Below, in pieces: positions 11,507 through 23,149 of a stretch of DNA of 52,660 nt (its first letter is position 1; every line of letters begins with the position of its first letter). The position numbers and the translations under genes were made by a program. The notes beneath the pieces were generated by a model, which saw only the letters and a list, made by a program, of their open reading frames with translations, was not told the DNA's origin and made no database searches. The stretch is from the NCBI GenBank assembly GCA_003344405.1, contig NOWV01000312.1, positions 1-52,660 of the forward strand. The letters are read 5' to 3'. This DNA comes from Trichoplax sp. H2. Lineage: Eukaryota.

Positions 11507-13035
11507 TAGTACTGTACCAGTAGAGTATGCTGTACTGTAGTGTACAGTATGGATTGTAGTGTAGACCTGCGCAAATCGACACTGAACATCTCTAGTCAGT
11601 AGACCGTGGGTTTGGAAAGAGAAGTCTGTCCATCGGTCTACCACAGTACATTGTGCTGTACTGTACTGTACAGTGTACAGTACAGTGTCCACTGGTTCCT
11701 GGCCTGCATACGTACAGTACAGTACTGTCCAGTATCGTACTACTGTACAAAACCATGACTGTACAGTACAATGTACTGGACATCCAGGAGCAGATACTAT
11801 AGGCCAAACTGGACTTGCAAGCGCACTTGTATTACAAATCCTTTCAGCAAGACCGATTTGAGTAGAAGGCTAGAAGCACACTGCACAATGATGAATTCTT
11901 GGACACCATTGCTGTCATCAACACACAACCATGGGTGCAGTGTAGAGTACAGTACAGTATGAAAGACCGCCAGGTGTACCATAACTGTACACTGTGCAGC
12001 TTGGGGCCAGTACAGTATGAATTCATTTTGAAATTCTGTTCAACGCGCACGCTCACGATCAAAAGGGCGAGTTGGTGAGAATTTTCCACTGTCATCATCC
12101 AAGTTCTTCCACGTGATCTACAGTACACTGTACTGTAAGGCTGCCGTACTGTACTGTACTGTACAGTACACTGTACCGTACTGCGTGATCCTTTTCGTTC
12201 CTGATTCTAAATAAGTACTGTACAGAATGCTTGAATATAGATCAAATGGTGCAAAAAGTAACGCAAACGATAGTGCATTAGTTGAAGATTTCCAATTTGT
12301 AGTTCCATTTCTGTTTTATATAGGAAAACATAGAATTGTACAGTAGATGCTCAATCAGGCCCAAACTCGATAAGTTGTACTGTATAGTTGGTGGTAGCCT
12401 AAGAACTCAGCAATGCCAATTTGGTACAGTACAGTACAGTACAGCAAGTCCAACCTACAGTACTGGAGAGTCTAATTTCTCCACAGCAAAGCTGCAGTAC
12501 AGTACTGTGTACTGTAGCGGAACCTTGGGACCAGGGTGCTTTCCTGTACTGTACTGTACAGTACAGACTGTCTGTCTGTACTGCACGTGGCACTTGGCAA
12601 ATTCTGTCCATGGAAGTGAACTGAAGAGGGACCTGATCCCTCCTCGGACGGACAGACATGCGGACTGGATCGCATAGCAAAGATGGTCGATTTTGAATGG
12701 AGACATTTTTTCTACACCAAGTAATATTACGTTCAATCTTCCGTTACTAAGTTGTGCTTGAAAACAGTCATACAAGATTGTCCATGCCATTTCCATTAGT
12801 ACTGGTGATTTACAAGACCGACGCGGAAGATCCATCTTCACCAGCTACTTTTGGTCTCTACATTTGGATATTGACCGGCTGATAAGGGGAAGAAAAGTCC
12901 GTCTGTCTGAGTATACGGTACCAGCGACTAAGTCGTATTCTGTACAAGAGTGAGTTGAACCCGTGCCTGCCAGTACAGTGTACAATCTACAGTCCATCTC
13001 CTGTCGGGTGTGTACTACTGTACACTGTGTACTGT
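11507..13035. repeat. Interspersed GTAC(A/T) pentamer-rich block, copy 2
   Basis: Same unique backbone as 8880-10390, but with different pentamer run lengths and orientations. Confidence 0.92.
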
Positions 13036-13265
13036 CCAATCCAATCAATACAAGGTGGCGTCGCTGGTGGACATCATCATCCAATCGCATTTCAGTTTAA
13101 CCCACGTGATCACTCGGCCTTCGACCGTTAGGACTCTTGACGCAAGCGTCCATTTCAACCAATCACCGTTGAAGAGGTGAATTTAAAAGCCGTTGATAGC
13201 CAGTAACCTCAGTGGATCAACAGTAGCTTGACTGCCCAATTTAAACTGACCAATATCGGCGTTTC
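13036..13265 (+). promoter_or_regulatory. Putative G2/M-type promoter of the polo-like kinase: clustered CCAAT boxes, Myb-type sites and CHR-like TTTAAA
   Basis: CCAAT at 13036, 13041, 13081, 13159, 13236, 13250. CCGTTR (YAACGG on the - strand) at 13125, 13166, 13190. TTTAAA at 13182 and 13240. CACGTG at 13103. These motifs are retained in the other copy (~10389-10616). Confidence 0.6.
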
Positions 13266-13416
13266 TCTCTCATTCCAGCAAACTGCAAGTAGTGGTGGCG
13301 TCCAGAGTGAAGATTGCAAACAAGGAGGAAGAAAAACAAGAAAGTCCATTAACTTGAACTCCTATTTCCTAGTGATAGAACTTTCAACAGTATTGTACAA
13401 GTACTTGGTGTTAATC

Positions 13417-16400
13417 ATGTCGTCTAAAACGGATGATTCCAAAGACATTATTACGGTGCCGTCAACCGGCCAACGTTTCAGGAAAGGAGAATTCCTGGGC
13501 AAGGTAATGCTATGACGATTTCAACAGCAGTCTGATTTGAAATGGATTTTACGCTTCCATTTCGTTATCCTTGACTCTGTCGTTTTTTATACTCTAAGAA
13601 GGATGGTGTTGTGTAGTTCTTTGACTGAGTTTACTTCTTTTGAGACAACAAGCTGAACGTAGCAGTTGTCTTTTACACGTTGTCAACCAGGTTAGGCAAA
13701 AAATCCACTTGGATGACACTAGACACTTTTCAACTGATTGTAGGAAAAGGGCTAGACAAATGCTTCTCTTTTCTTGTCTACAAACAGTTTCAATCAGTCA
13801 AACATTCAGTTAGTAAGACACTTTGCATTGCTAGGTGCACTTGTAGCGAGAGTAATAGCGATTAGGAGCTCTTTGAAAAATTCAACTTGATCCAACGCTT
13901 GAACAAGCAACCATTTCAAATTTTTTCTCTTCCTGGTTATAACGGTTTTGCCTCATACAGTATCTACATGATGCAGTCGGGCAAACTTGTTTTCAACCAC
14001 CAACCTCAATGTCTTGTCGACAGCAACTACTTTTTACTTCTTCTATCTCTCAAACTGACATTAATTTATTATCAACTCTAATGCCTTGCACTTTGCTACT
14101 CGTTACACTGTTCAATTGGTAGCGGCAGTCGTCGAAAGGAATAAAAAATGCGCAAAGACTGTCATGAAGATTCTAAATGACCGTTGCCCCCTTCCCTTCA
14201 AGTTATTATTTGTCAATTGACCGTATCCATTTTCTTTTTCCAACATTTCAGGGTGGATTTGGCCGATGTTACGAATTCATTGATATGAAAACTGATCAAA
14301 AATATGCTGGCAAAATTGTCTCCAAATCCATGCTGGTCAAAGCTCATCATCGCTCTAAGGTAAGCGAAGTCATCCTTTTGCCTGCAGTCAATAACAATCT
14401 TTTAGCAATAAAAATTCTACTTGTATTTATTCTCTATTACAAATACACTTGTTTAGACGGATAAACTTGACAATCTACTTGTCTTTCCTTAGATGGCCTC
14501 AGAAATTGCCATTCATAAAACAATTAACCATCCTAACATTGTCAAATTCATTACCAATTTTGAAAATGAAAAAAACGTCTACATTGTTTTAGAATTATGC
14601 TCAAAGAAGGTAACTTTCACCGACCATTAGAAAAAAAAAAACCATACAAGTTAAAATAGTATGAACTTGGTGTATGAATAATTGTTGTCTCTGGCTATCT
14701 TTTCTCTCTGTAGTCACTATATGAATTGCAGAAAAGGCGTCGTTATCTGACAGAAGCAGAAGTTCGCTATTTTATGTCACAAGCGGTTTCCGGATGTAAA
14801 CATTTACACGATTTGAAAATCATCCATCGAGATTTAAAATTAGCTAATATCTTTATCGATGGAGACCTAAATCTAAAGTTAGGAGATTTTGGGCTAGCAG
14901 CTCAAATTGAGCATGATGGCGAACGAAAAAGGTAGCTAAATAATCCAAACTTTTACAGTAGACGTACCACGCCAAGTATTCCTTCAAATAAATGTTACTA
15001 TTCCATTAATAGCCAATAGTATAGTAATCGTCAATGTTCTCCTTTCCAATCATGACGTAGAACCCTTTGTGGAACTCCAAATTATATCGCTCCTGAAATT
15101 TTAAAGAAACTTGGCCATTCCTTTGGTGTAGATGCATGGTCCCTTGGTTGTATCATGTAAGGCATACACGATCATAGTACAACTAATCACAATAGTAGTA
15201 TTTATCCACTCTTGCATCAAAAAATCAACCACTCATAACTGCTGTACTAGCCATATTTTAAGAAAGCTTGCTATGATAAATAGTTAGTAATACCTTTGCT
15301 GTCTATTGTTAATGCCAAGGTATACGCTATTAGTTGGTAAACCACCTTTTGAAACTGAAACATTACACGAAACCTACAGACGAATTAAAGATAACAACTT
15401 CCAGGTGCCATCGAGTATATCGAAAAATGCCGGAGACTTGATTACCAAATTATTAAATTCCAATCCTGAGAAAAGACCTAGCATGGCAGAAATCCTCAAT
15501 CATGCATTCTTCACATCGGGTTACTTTCCCTCAAAGTTACCGCATAGTTGTCTTGTTGCTGAGCCTAATTTTGCTGACACTTGTCTAGGTATATTGTCTT
15601 ATGATCGCATACTGTGACGTTTGCATCTTTGTAAACTCCAGCCAGTTAGCCTTTTATTTATTCTGAATCCGTTCATACTTATGTGTTACAGTACAAGGTA
15701 GCAGACAACCATTCCATGAAGTCAATTATAAACTTCAAACAAGACCTACTGTCAAGTCCGCTGACCCTAAACCAAACGCTAAACCAGCTAACAAGGACGA
15801 AAACGTTGCTGATAAAGCAAAACCAGTTATGAATTTGAACATACCTAAAACATTTTTAGCCGGAAAATTTTCACCGTTTGCAGGTAAGGATATAGCATAT
15901 CCTATTTTTAGTCACGTTATTAATATAGAGCCATATAAATTACTACCATTTATAGATGCAGTCGCCGATTATAGTCAATATGATTTGATTGCCTTGCTAA
16001 AGAAGTTTTCAACAACCAAACTCACTGAAATTTCAGAGAAAGTTCTAGGTAAATCAATAAAACTTGTCAAAGTAATCAAGAAATGCTTATGATGCAAATT
16101 GAAACCATACATCATAAAATAGCTATACTTCTTCCATTATAAATTTAATAAATATTCTGGATAATTTGCCTTCTCAGCATTAATGATGATACATTGCTAT
16201 ATCTATTTTTAATTTAATTTTTAACCCTATCTTACATAGATGAAGGTATTACGCCTTCTATGGATCCCATGTACTGGATCAGTAAATGGGTTGATTATTC
16301 CGATAAGTATGGCTTTGGATACCAACTTACTGATAGTAGTCATGGTGTATTCTTTAATGATGGCGCTCGACTTATCCTTGCTCCGGATAGAGTGTAAGAT

Positions 16401-17121
16401 TATTGTAGTCACTTTGCTAACGCCTACGTACTATCTTTTAAGCGAAATATCCGTTAAAATAACTCAATACCTTTTGCAATCACAGCCATCTTCAGTATAT
16501 TGATTCCTCTGGTAATGAACAATGTACAACTACCGTCAAAGCTGAAGAGAAGCATGTACAACTAATAACAAAGAAATTAGCTATTATTAATCATTTTGTA
16601 AAATACATGGACGAAAAACTGGTTCAGGTTAGTAAGCATATTCGTACGTTACATTATTAGAGATATTATTGTAGGCTCACATTGACATCATAAATTATAT
16701 ATAAATTTAGTCCGGAAGGAAGCCATTTATTGAATTAGATTCATGCCGTTTGCCATACGTCTACTCTTGGCTTCGAACTGAGACCGCAATTTGCATGCTT
16801 TTATCGAATGGTGTTGCTCAGGTAATAAATAATGACTCATGGCGGATACTCGATTACACACAGTACTTTCTTGAATTAATAGTGGGATTTTTGTTGCGCT
16901 ACTAGATAAACTTTTTCCAAGATCACAAAAAGCTTGTTATATGCCCAAGATTGGAATGTGTATCAGTTGTTCGAAAAAAGTCTCGTATGAAGACCTACAG
17001 AATGTGTGACATATTGCGCAACGGATGTACCTCTGACTTGTTAAGTCGGTTGCAATACTCTAGAGGCGTACTTGAACTTTTGCGTGAAAATACACCGAAA
17101 TTTAATGCGCTTGCACAATAA
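13417..17121 (+). CDS. PLK1: Polo-like kinase (PLK1/2/3 class); 12 exons at approx. 13417-13503, 14252-14359, 14493-14609, 14714-14931, 15061-15156, 15320-15588, 15692-15883, 15956-16048, 16239-16392, 16486-16627, 16711-16821, 16906-17121
   Basis: Kinase motifs [31 protein letters not shown] and [12 protein letters not shown]. Polo boxes [18 protein letters not shown] and [25 protein letters not shown] stop at 17119-17121. Exact paralogue assignment needs a tree. Confidence 0.9.
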
Positions 17122-18106
17122 TTTGGCATTGTTACCTTGCTACATTGGTATTTGTATTTGGAATAAGTATAGTTCCAAACGAATGGACTTTTTTTTTAAA
17201 ATAATACTCGGCTATAAAATTTTGCCAAAATTTATATTGGGAAATGATAGCAAAATTATAACGAACTCAAGCTGGTCATATGTGCTGGAGACTATCAGTT
17301 AGACTTCGTATTTAAATATACATCCAGTTTATTCTTTACTTAAATTGTTAGTTTTAACGGTTTAATTTTTGTTGTCTTTAGTACGGCTTCGTACTTCGAG
17401 GAAATCTATACGTAGATATATGCGTGTATGTGAATGCACGCATCTAAATATTTTGCTTATCAAACTAAGTAGGTGCTATGATAACTCCTGTATAAGCTAG
17501 ATCTATAATTATAGTGCGTAGCTTTAACATACTTGCAAGATAAAAATCTTGATCTACGATAAAATGTTTATGTAGTAAATATAGGACCATCCTGTATTCC
17601 TGTCATTTTGGTTAATGTAAGGAAGTAAATCGGTTTATTCTTAAACTTTATTCAATTATTGATAAGTGTAATCATATATACATATATATATGTGAGTATA
17701 TAGAGGTAGTATGTATATACATGAAAAGGATTTTATCGTAATTTAACTTGTTTCAGATAATCTTTATGTGAAATGTGATGTTAAAGTGGTAGCTAGCTGT
17801 ATATATGCTGTCAAAATTGCTACAACCAAGATTAGTAAACAATTGCAGACATTATTATAAAAATGGCCTTGGTGAATCTGTAAATTAAAAAATAGTACAA
17901 CAACGACACATTGATATGCAACCTTGTTTCTTACTCAATGCATTGAAAACATATTTTGATATTGCAACGTTCAGGATGATGAACACGATAGCTTAAACAA
18001 CACAATATACTAATTTGGACAGTATATAATTTCAAGTACTAACAAAATTTGTATGGCATCCATAGTATTTGTAATGTTTAGTTTCGCAATAGCTCTTTCA
18101 GTATGA

Positions 18107-21049
18107 TTACTTGATTTTTACAGTCGTAATTGTTGGGATACTTCCTTCATCATCACCGAGACGGATCTCTTCATGTTTTTTGATTCCTGACCAATCAAAC
18201 ATTGAAAACTGCATAACTGATCTTTTCATAGAGCGTTTGGTCACAGCAGCTTCTTCGTTCAGCTTTTGCATTTCTCTATTAAAAGTGAAATGATCAATAC
18301 CCTAGCCCCTATCCTTCTTTAAACAAAATGCTTAGTACTGAAGCGACCTTATTATTAACTTTATCCTAAGTTTATAATATCTGGAAAGCATTTACCTCGT
18401 CCTTTCTAAAATTTCAAGGGTATTTGTTTCACTTAGAGTAACTAAGTATAAAGATAAGTTAGAAGAAGATCATTGTGATTTTTCTACTTGGATTTATAGT
18501 GCGGCGATGCACTTACATCCGTGTATCATACTGTACATTGCTATTCGAGTTCAACAACTATATACGCGTATGACCGTTAAGGATTTTCCTTGTGATGCAA
18601 TGAATTGCATCTCTAATATAACCAATAAACTTACTTTCTCTTCTAGTTGACCGATCTGATGTGAGAGAATTAGTATAGACTGGATATCTCTGATTCCGGT
18701 CATTTAAATAATCTTCATTAGGCATTTGCGTTTCCTGCTTTTCCGTACGCTTTCCAAATGCAATACTTTTGCGAATTGTTTCAGCTTTATCATCATAAAT
18801 TTCATTTACAGTTTTCCTTTCGTCCTCAGATACTTCTATAGAAATAAATTCGATTCTTTTGCATTAGCATCATCATTTCTTACTGCGAATAGTAGTGTAC
18901 TATGCAAACTATGAAACATTCCAGCATATAGCAAACGTCATTACCGATTCGATCAAAATGTTTCAACGAGGGAATTGTAAAAATAACAAAATAGCGATAA
19001 TACGGATGATGGGCGAGTGGATTACCATATAGATCTGTCGTAAAAGTAATAAGTGAATTAAGTAATTCCCTGATCAGTGGTTCTGTAGTAGCTTTATTAG
19101 TGATTTTATGATAAGAATAAGTTGAAAGGCAAAGTCCTTACTTAAATAATTTAAACAATTCATATATTTGCATTCACTTCCAATATCAGCTAGTTCTGTT
19201 AATTGATTGCAATGTAGCGCTAAGACCTTCAGACTGTGTAACTGTTTGAGTCCGCCAGCTAAGCTTTTCAGATTGTTGTTATTTAGGTGTAATTCTGTTA
19301 AATTATAATTGCGGGATAAAAATGCTACTTCTCGAATCTGGAAAGGTTAGAAATTCAATGATCATGTATTAGCAATATCGACTGATTAATTATAATTAAT
19401 ATCATACCAAGTACATGTTAAAGCTATACCATTTCTGTCTTAAAAATCTGATTTATTGAACTTTAAATATTACATTACTAATGCCAACTCGAATTAAAAA
19501 GTACGCTTTTGATGTAAGAATTAAAATCGTTAAGACAGAATTCTGTACAAATTATTCTTTCTTAGTATTAAAATGTTGATTCGAATCGCGATGAATGGAT
19601 CGTTATGATTACATTTATAATCGCGGTATAACAGATGTGCATTACATTTTGTAGACAAATTATATAGGAATAGTCAGGCATTCTTATCAATCGATAATAG
19701 CACTCAACTATAATATTACTAAATTTTCTTAGCGTAGCCGTTACTATAATTATTCTTAACAAACCTTATTATCATTGAGATACAGGATAGACAAATATTT
19801 GTATCTTCGTAGGTCGCTCACTTCTTCTAGTTGCCTAGAATTTTTCCAATAAAATGCGCAAGTTATTAAATTAGTGCTATGAACTAAAATTCATATCATC
19901 GAGATTGCATAGCTGTTATGGTAGTGATATGATTCTTGAAATTGTAGATTCCTTATTATAATGTTAAGCTGATACCAGAGGATATTTTTAATGGTTATAC
20001 TGTATTTAATCGGCCTATTTTCCATTCAATTACTGATTACGATGTTACCTTTATAGTTTTAAGTTAGCGTCCTACCTATTACCCAGATGAATTTGCTGGA
20101 CATCGACGTCTCTTGTCAGATTCATAGCCTTCATCTGCTCTCGGATAAGCTAATGGTGTCATAATTTCATATATTTAAAAGCTCATTAGATTTGATCTAG
20201 GACTGAGCAACTACAAGATATTATCTTTATTCTTCAATATATTTACTGTCAATAGTATCAATATGTGCTTTAATTGACTAGGATTACTGTTTGAAGTAAG
20301 ATATCCCTTTAACAATTTTTAATATCGAGACATTAGATGTATTGGCTATATTTATGAATTTATAGTGTGGCAAGTGTAAAATGATCATGATTTCTCTTCA
20401 AGGTGAGAACGATATCCGCAATAAAATTACTAAATTTAAAGTAATGCCTGTCAAAGCCGTTCCACTGGTACGTTGAGATTATACGGTGTCATCAATTGAA
20501 GATGATAGAAGATAAGTATACTTTCATGAGTACTATTAATCTATCTACAGATGGTAGGATTACTTTTAATTTCTATACCAGTGGAATAAATGATGGAAAT
20601 AAAGTTTACTTTTAAATTTGATGCATGCAACGGTGAATATTATATATTACAGTTCATGTTTATAGTAGCGAAGGGTATCATAAATTGCCATAAAATCAAA
20701 TGAAAAAGTATTGCTAGCCATCTACTGCCTTAAAAATTTGCCAAGGTATCCAGTTCATTATATTTGTGTATAGAGGATTTGAAATTAGAAAAAGTAGATA
20801 ATAAAACTTGAATGCCCTTATAATTGACAGAGAGATGAATTCTCACACAGTATGAAAGTAATTGGATTGGAAAAAACTAAGGAATTTGAGTTGCTTGTTT
20901 ACAATGTCCAATCTAACTATAGTAAATCTATATCGCCTAGTTATCACAATAAGTCTTAAGTCGTAGCTTGAAAGAAAATACAGATCCAGCCTTACCGATG
21001 TATCTGTAATAAGTCCTTGGCGAAATTTAGTTTCTTCCTTTTTTGCCAT
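18107..21049 (-). CDS. LRRC72: Leucine-rich repeat protein LRRC72; about 8 exons at 21049-20996, 20149-20076, 19834-19765, 19338-19143, 19034-18946, 18835-18635, 18441-18396, 18275-18107 (boundaries approximate)
   Basis: Spliced translation: LIREQMKAMNLTRDVDVQQIHLGNRQLEEVSDLRRYKYLSILYLNDNKIREVAFLSRNYNLTELHLNNN...NLYGNPLAHHPYYRYFVIFTIPSLKHFDR...IRKSIAFG...RSMKRSVMQFSMFDW...TITTVKIK*. The FLxRNYxLTEL, SIAFG and RSMKRSVM motifs match LRRC72 as I recall it. Confidence 0.85.
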
Positions 21050-21193
21050 ATTGGCATCGATATAATCCAGTTGGAATTAGGCTTATGTTACAAATGATAA
21101 GATTACATTCGATGATGGCCTACTAGGCTCTATAGAAGATTTGCCCTAACGCAATGAAAATTAATTAAACATCCAAATAATGAGGTTGATCAG

Positions 21194-21207
21194 GTTGCTA
21201 TGGAAAC
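21194..21207. promoter_or_regulatory. RFX X-box upstream of LRRC72
   Basis: GTTGCTATGGAAAC fits the X-box consensus GTNRCYATGGYAAC/GTTNCCATGGNAAC and lies ~145 bp upstream of the LRRC72 ATG. Confidence 0.75.
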
Positions 21208-21845
21208 GATTTCATCAATCTTTACTATAAGACTGATTACTGGATTTTATAGACAGTGAGCAATAAAGGGCAGTATAATAAATGCAATAGTATAGTTTTA
21301 GTTGCTATACTCGTATACATCAATACAATAAAAGAAACGTATCATAATATAATGCTAATTAATAATAAAGTTTATTCCATGACACCATATTTCGGCAATG
21401 AGCACTTGTCGAACTGTTTTATTATTTAGATAATGTTTAATCACTATAGCCTAGATTCTACTCTCGATTTAGTGCAAAGAATGAAATACTTTGGAGCTGT
21501 TTTTATTATCTGATCCGAATTGTCACAGCCTCACGGGCAATCACACGGCGACAAGAGACTGCTATTAGATATTGTCGATTACTGATAGTGGTCGGTTAAC
21601 TGAGTAAGGTATTAGGATGATACGAATTGATGTGCTGTAATTAAGAAGATCCTCAGCACCTGAACTCTATGGTATTGGACAATAATAGAAGGTTAATAAT
21701 ATCTCTTGAGCTAATAGATACGTACAGCATAAATACGAGTAGTAATAATTAATTATCTATTTGATGAGAAGTGCTTTATTTGATAATTCAAGCCCGATTA
21801 AGCACGACTTTACTGTCTTAAATAGATCGAAGTAAATGTAATTAT

Positions 21846-22112
21846 TGTGATGTTTCGGATTTTTCTCGGAGATTACATTAGCCTGGGTCTTCTTCCTCTT
21901 TTGATTATTGTGACTTCGTTTGCGTTTCTTGGACTGACCACTGTGTTTTTGTTTACAAACTTTAGCTATGTGGCCTGTTTTTCTGGCAATGGTTGCAGAC
22001 CGCGTGTCGATGAGGACAGTCTATACGCCAATGAGTAGCGCCACACGAGGGGCAAGGCGTGTGTGGAACATCTGAAGCTATACGCGATTCCCCTGTGTGT
22101 ACAACCCTTGCT
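21846..22112. mobile_element. Left end of a TG...CA (LTR-type) insertion, truncated by the gap; TSD ATTAT at 21841-21845
   Basis: The sequence departs from the duplicate flank (22133-22364) exactly after ATTAT and begins TGTGATGTTT, with higher GC than the flank. The partner end is at 52475. Confidence 0.75.
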
Positions 22113-22132
22113 NNNNNNNNNNNNNNNNNNNN

Positions 22133-22364
22133 TATTAGGATGATACGAATTGATGTGCTGTAATTATGAAGATCCTCAGCACCTGAACTCTATGGTATTG
22201 GATAATAATAGAAGGTTAATAATATCTCTTGAGCTAATAGATACGTACAGCATAAATACGAGTAGTAATAATTATCTATTTGATGAGAAGTGCTTTATTT
22301 GATAATTCAAGCCCGATTAAGCACGACTTTACTGTCTTAAATAGATGGAAGTAAATGTAATTAT
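22133..22364 (+). repeat. Duplicate of 21610-21845 across the gap; represents the empty-site allele of the insertion
   Basis: Near-identical (by eye, 3 substitutions and one 4-bp indel). A single ATTAT at 22360-22364 continues directly into GGAATGAACATACCGGG. Confidence 0.92.
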
Positions 22365-23149
22365 GGAATGAACATACCGGGTTGGACTCTACTTTACTTC
22401 AAGCTCAGGATGTTTTATATTATTTTCTTGTTATTAGCTAATTAATTATTTCGCTACTTTTCTAAAAACATTGCAATAATAGTCTGTTTCAAATTCTATC
22501 TCTTCTAAGACTATTAATTGTCAGAATTAGATTTTTAAGATTAGTTAGTATAGTCGAGATACTTCTATTACAGCATTATTGCTGGTGATAAATATGTATG
22601 CGTCAGTTACTGAAAGACAACTGAAGAGTTAACGACCATATATATATATGCAATTCAAATATTGATGGCAGCACAGTAACTTTTATTCTTACGAAATTGT
22701 CGGCTGAAGTTGCAGACAAATGAGCTAACTACAGTAAGAGCTGAAGATAGGATCGTATAACAGTAAGCGTTACAATCGCAAATAAATTTCAGTAATAGTA
22801 CTACCTAACATTCGCTGCGGAGAAATTTATTAATCCCTGTTACATTTAATATAGTTCTAGAAGCATTTTGGTACACATTGTAGATATATCGTGTAAAATT
22901 CATATCGCAGCGTAAATTTACTTAAAATTCTGTTGTAAAAAATAAAATTAGTTATTGTATAGGTATGGTGTTGTTTTTTGCACATAGAGGGTTAGCACTC
23001 ATATTACTGCTAGAATAATCAGTACTTTTTTGCCAGAATCCAATATGGGACAGTAACATTACTAGTATATATTATTAAGATTTCATTATTGTTATATTGC
23101 CGTTGTCTATATGAAAATTGGATAAGTTTGCAGAAAAGGTGAACCATTT

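Larger units (their letters stand above)
10885..13511 (+). repeat. Direct duplicate of 8264-10864 across the N gap (UXT intron 1 and exon 1, pentamer block, PLK promoter and exon 1)
   Basis: Colinear similarity from CGTTCGTTGGTGTTTTCAACAG (8264 / 10885) to GGCAAGGTAATGCT (10864 / 13511). Confidence 0.95.

Noticed and set aside
8612..13090. Many overlapping ORFs rich in YSTVQ/CTVLY (also at 43589-44888)
   Set aside because: These are translations of stop-free GTACW pentamers in all frames. Frames are not preserved between the two copies because of 5-, 7- and 10-bp indels.
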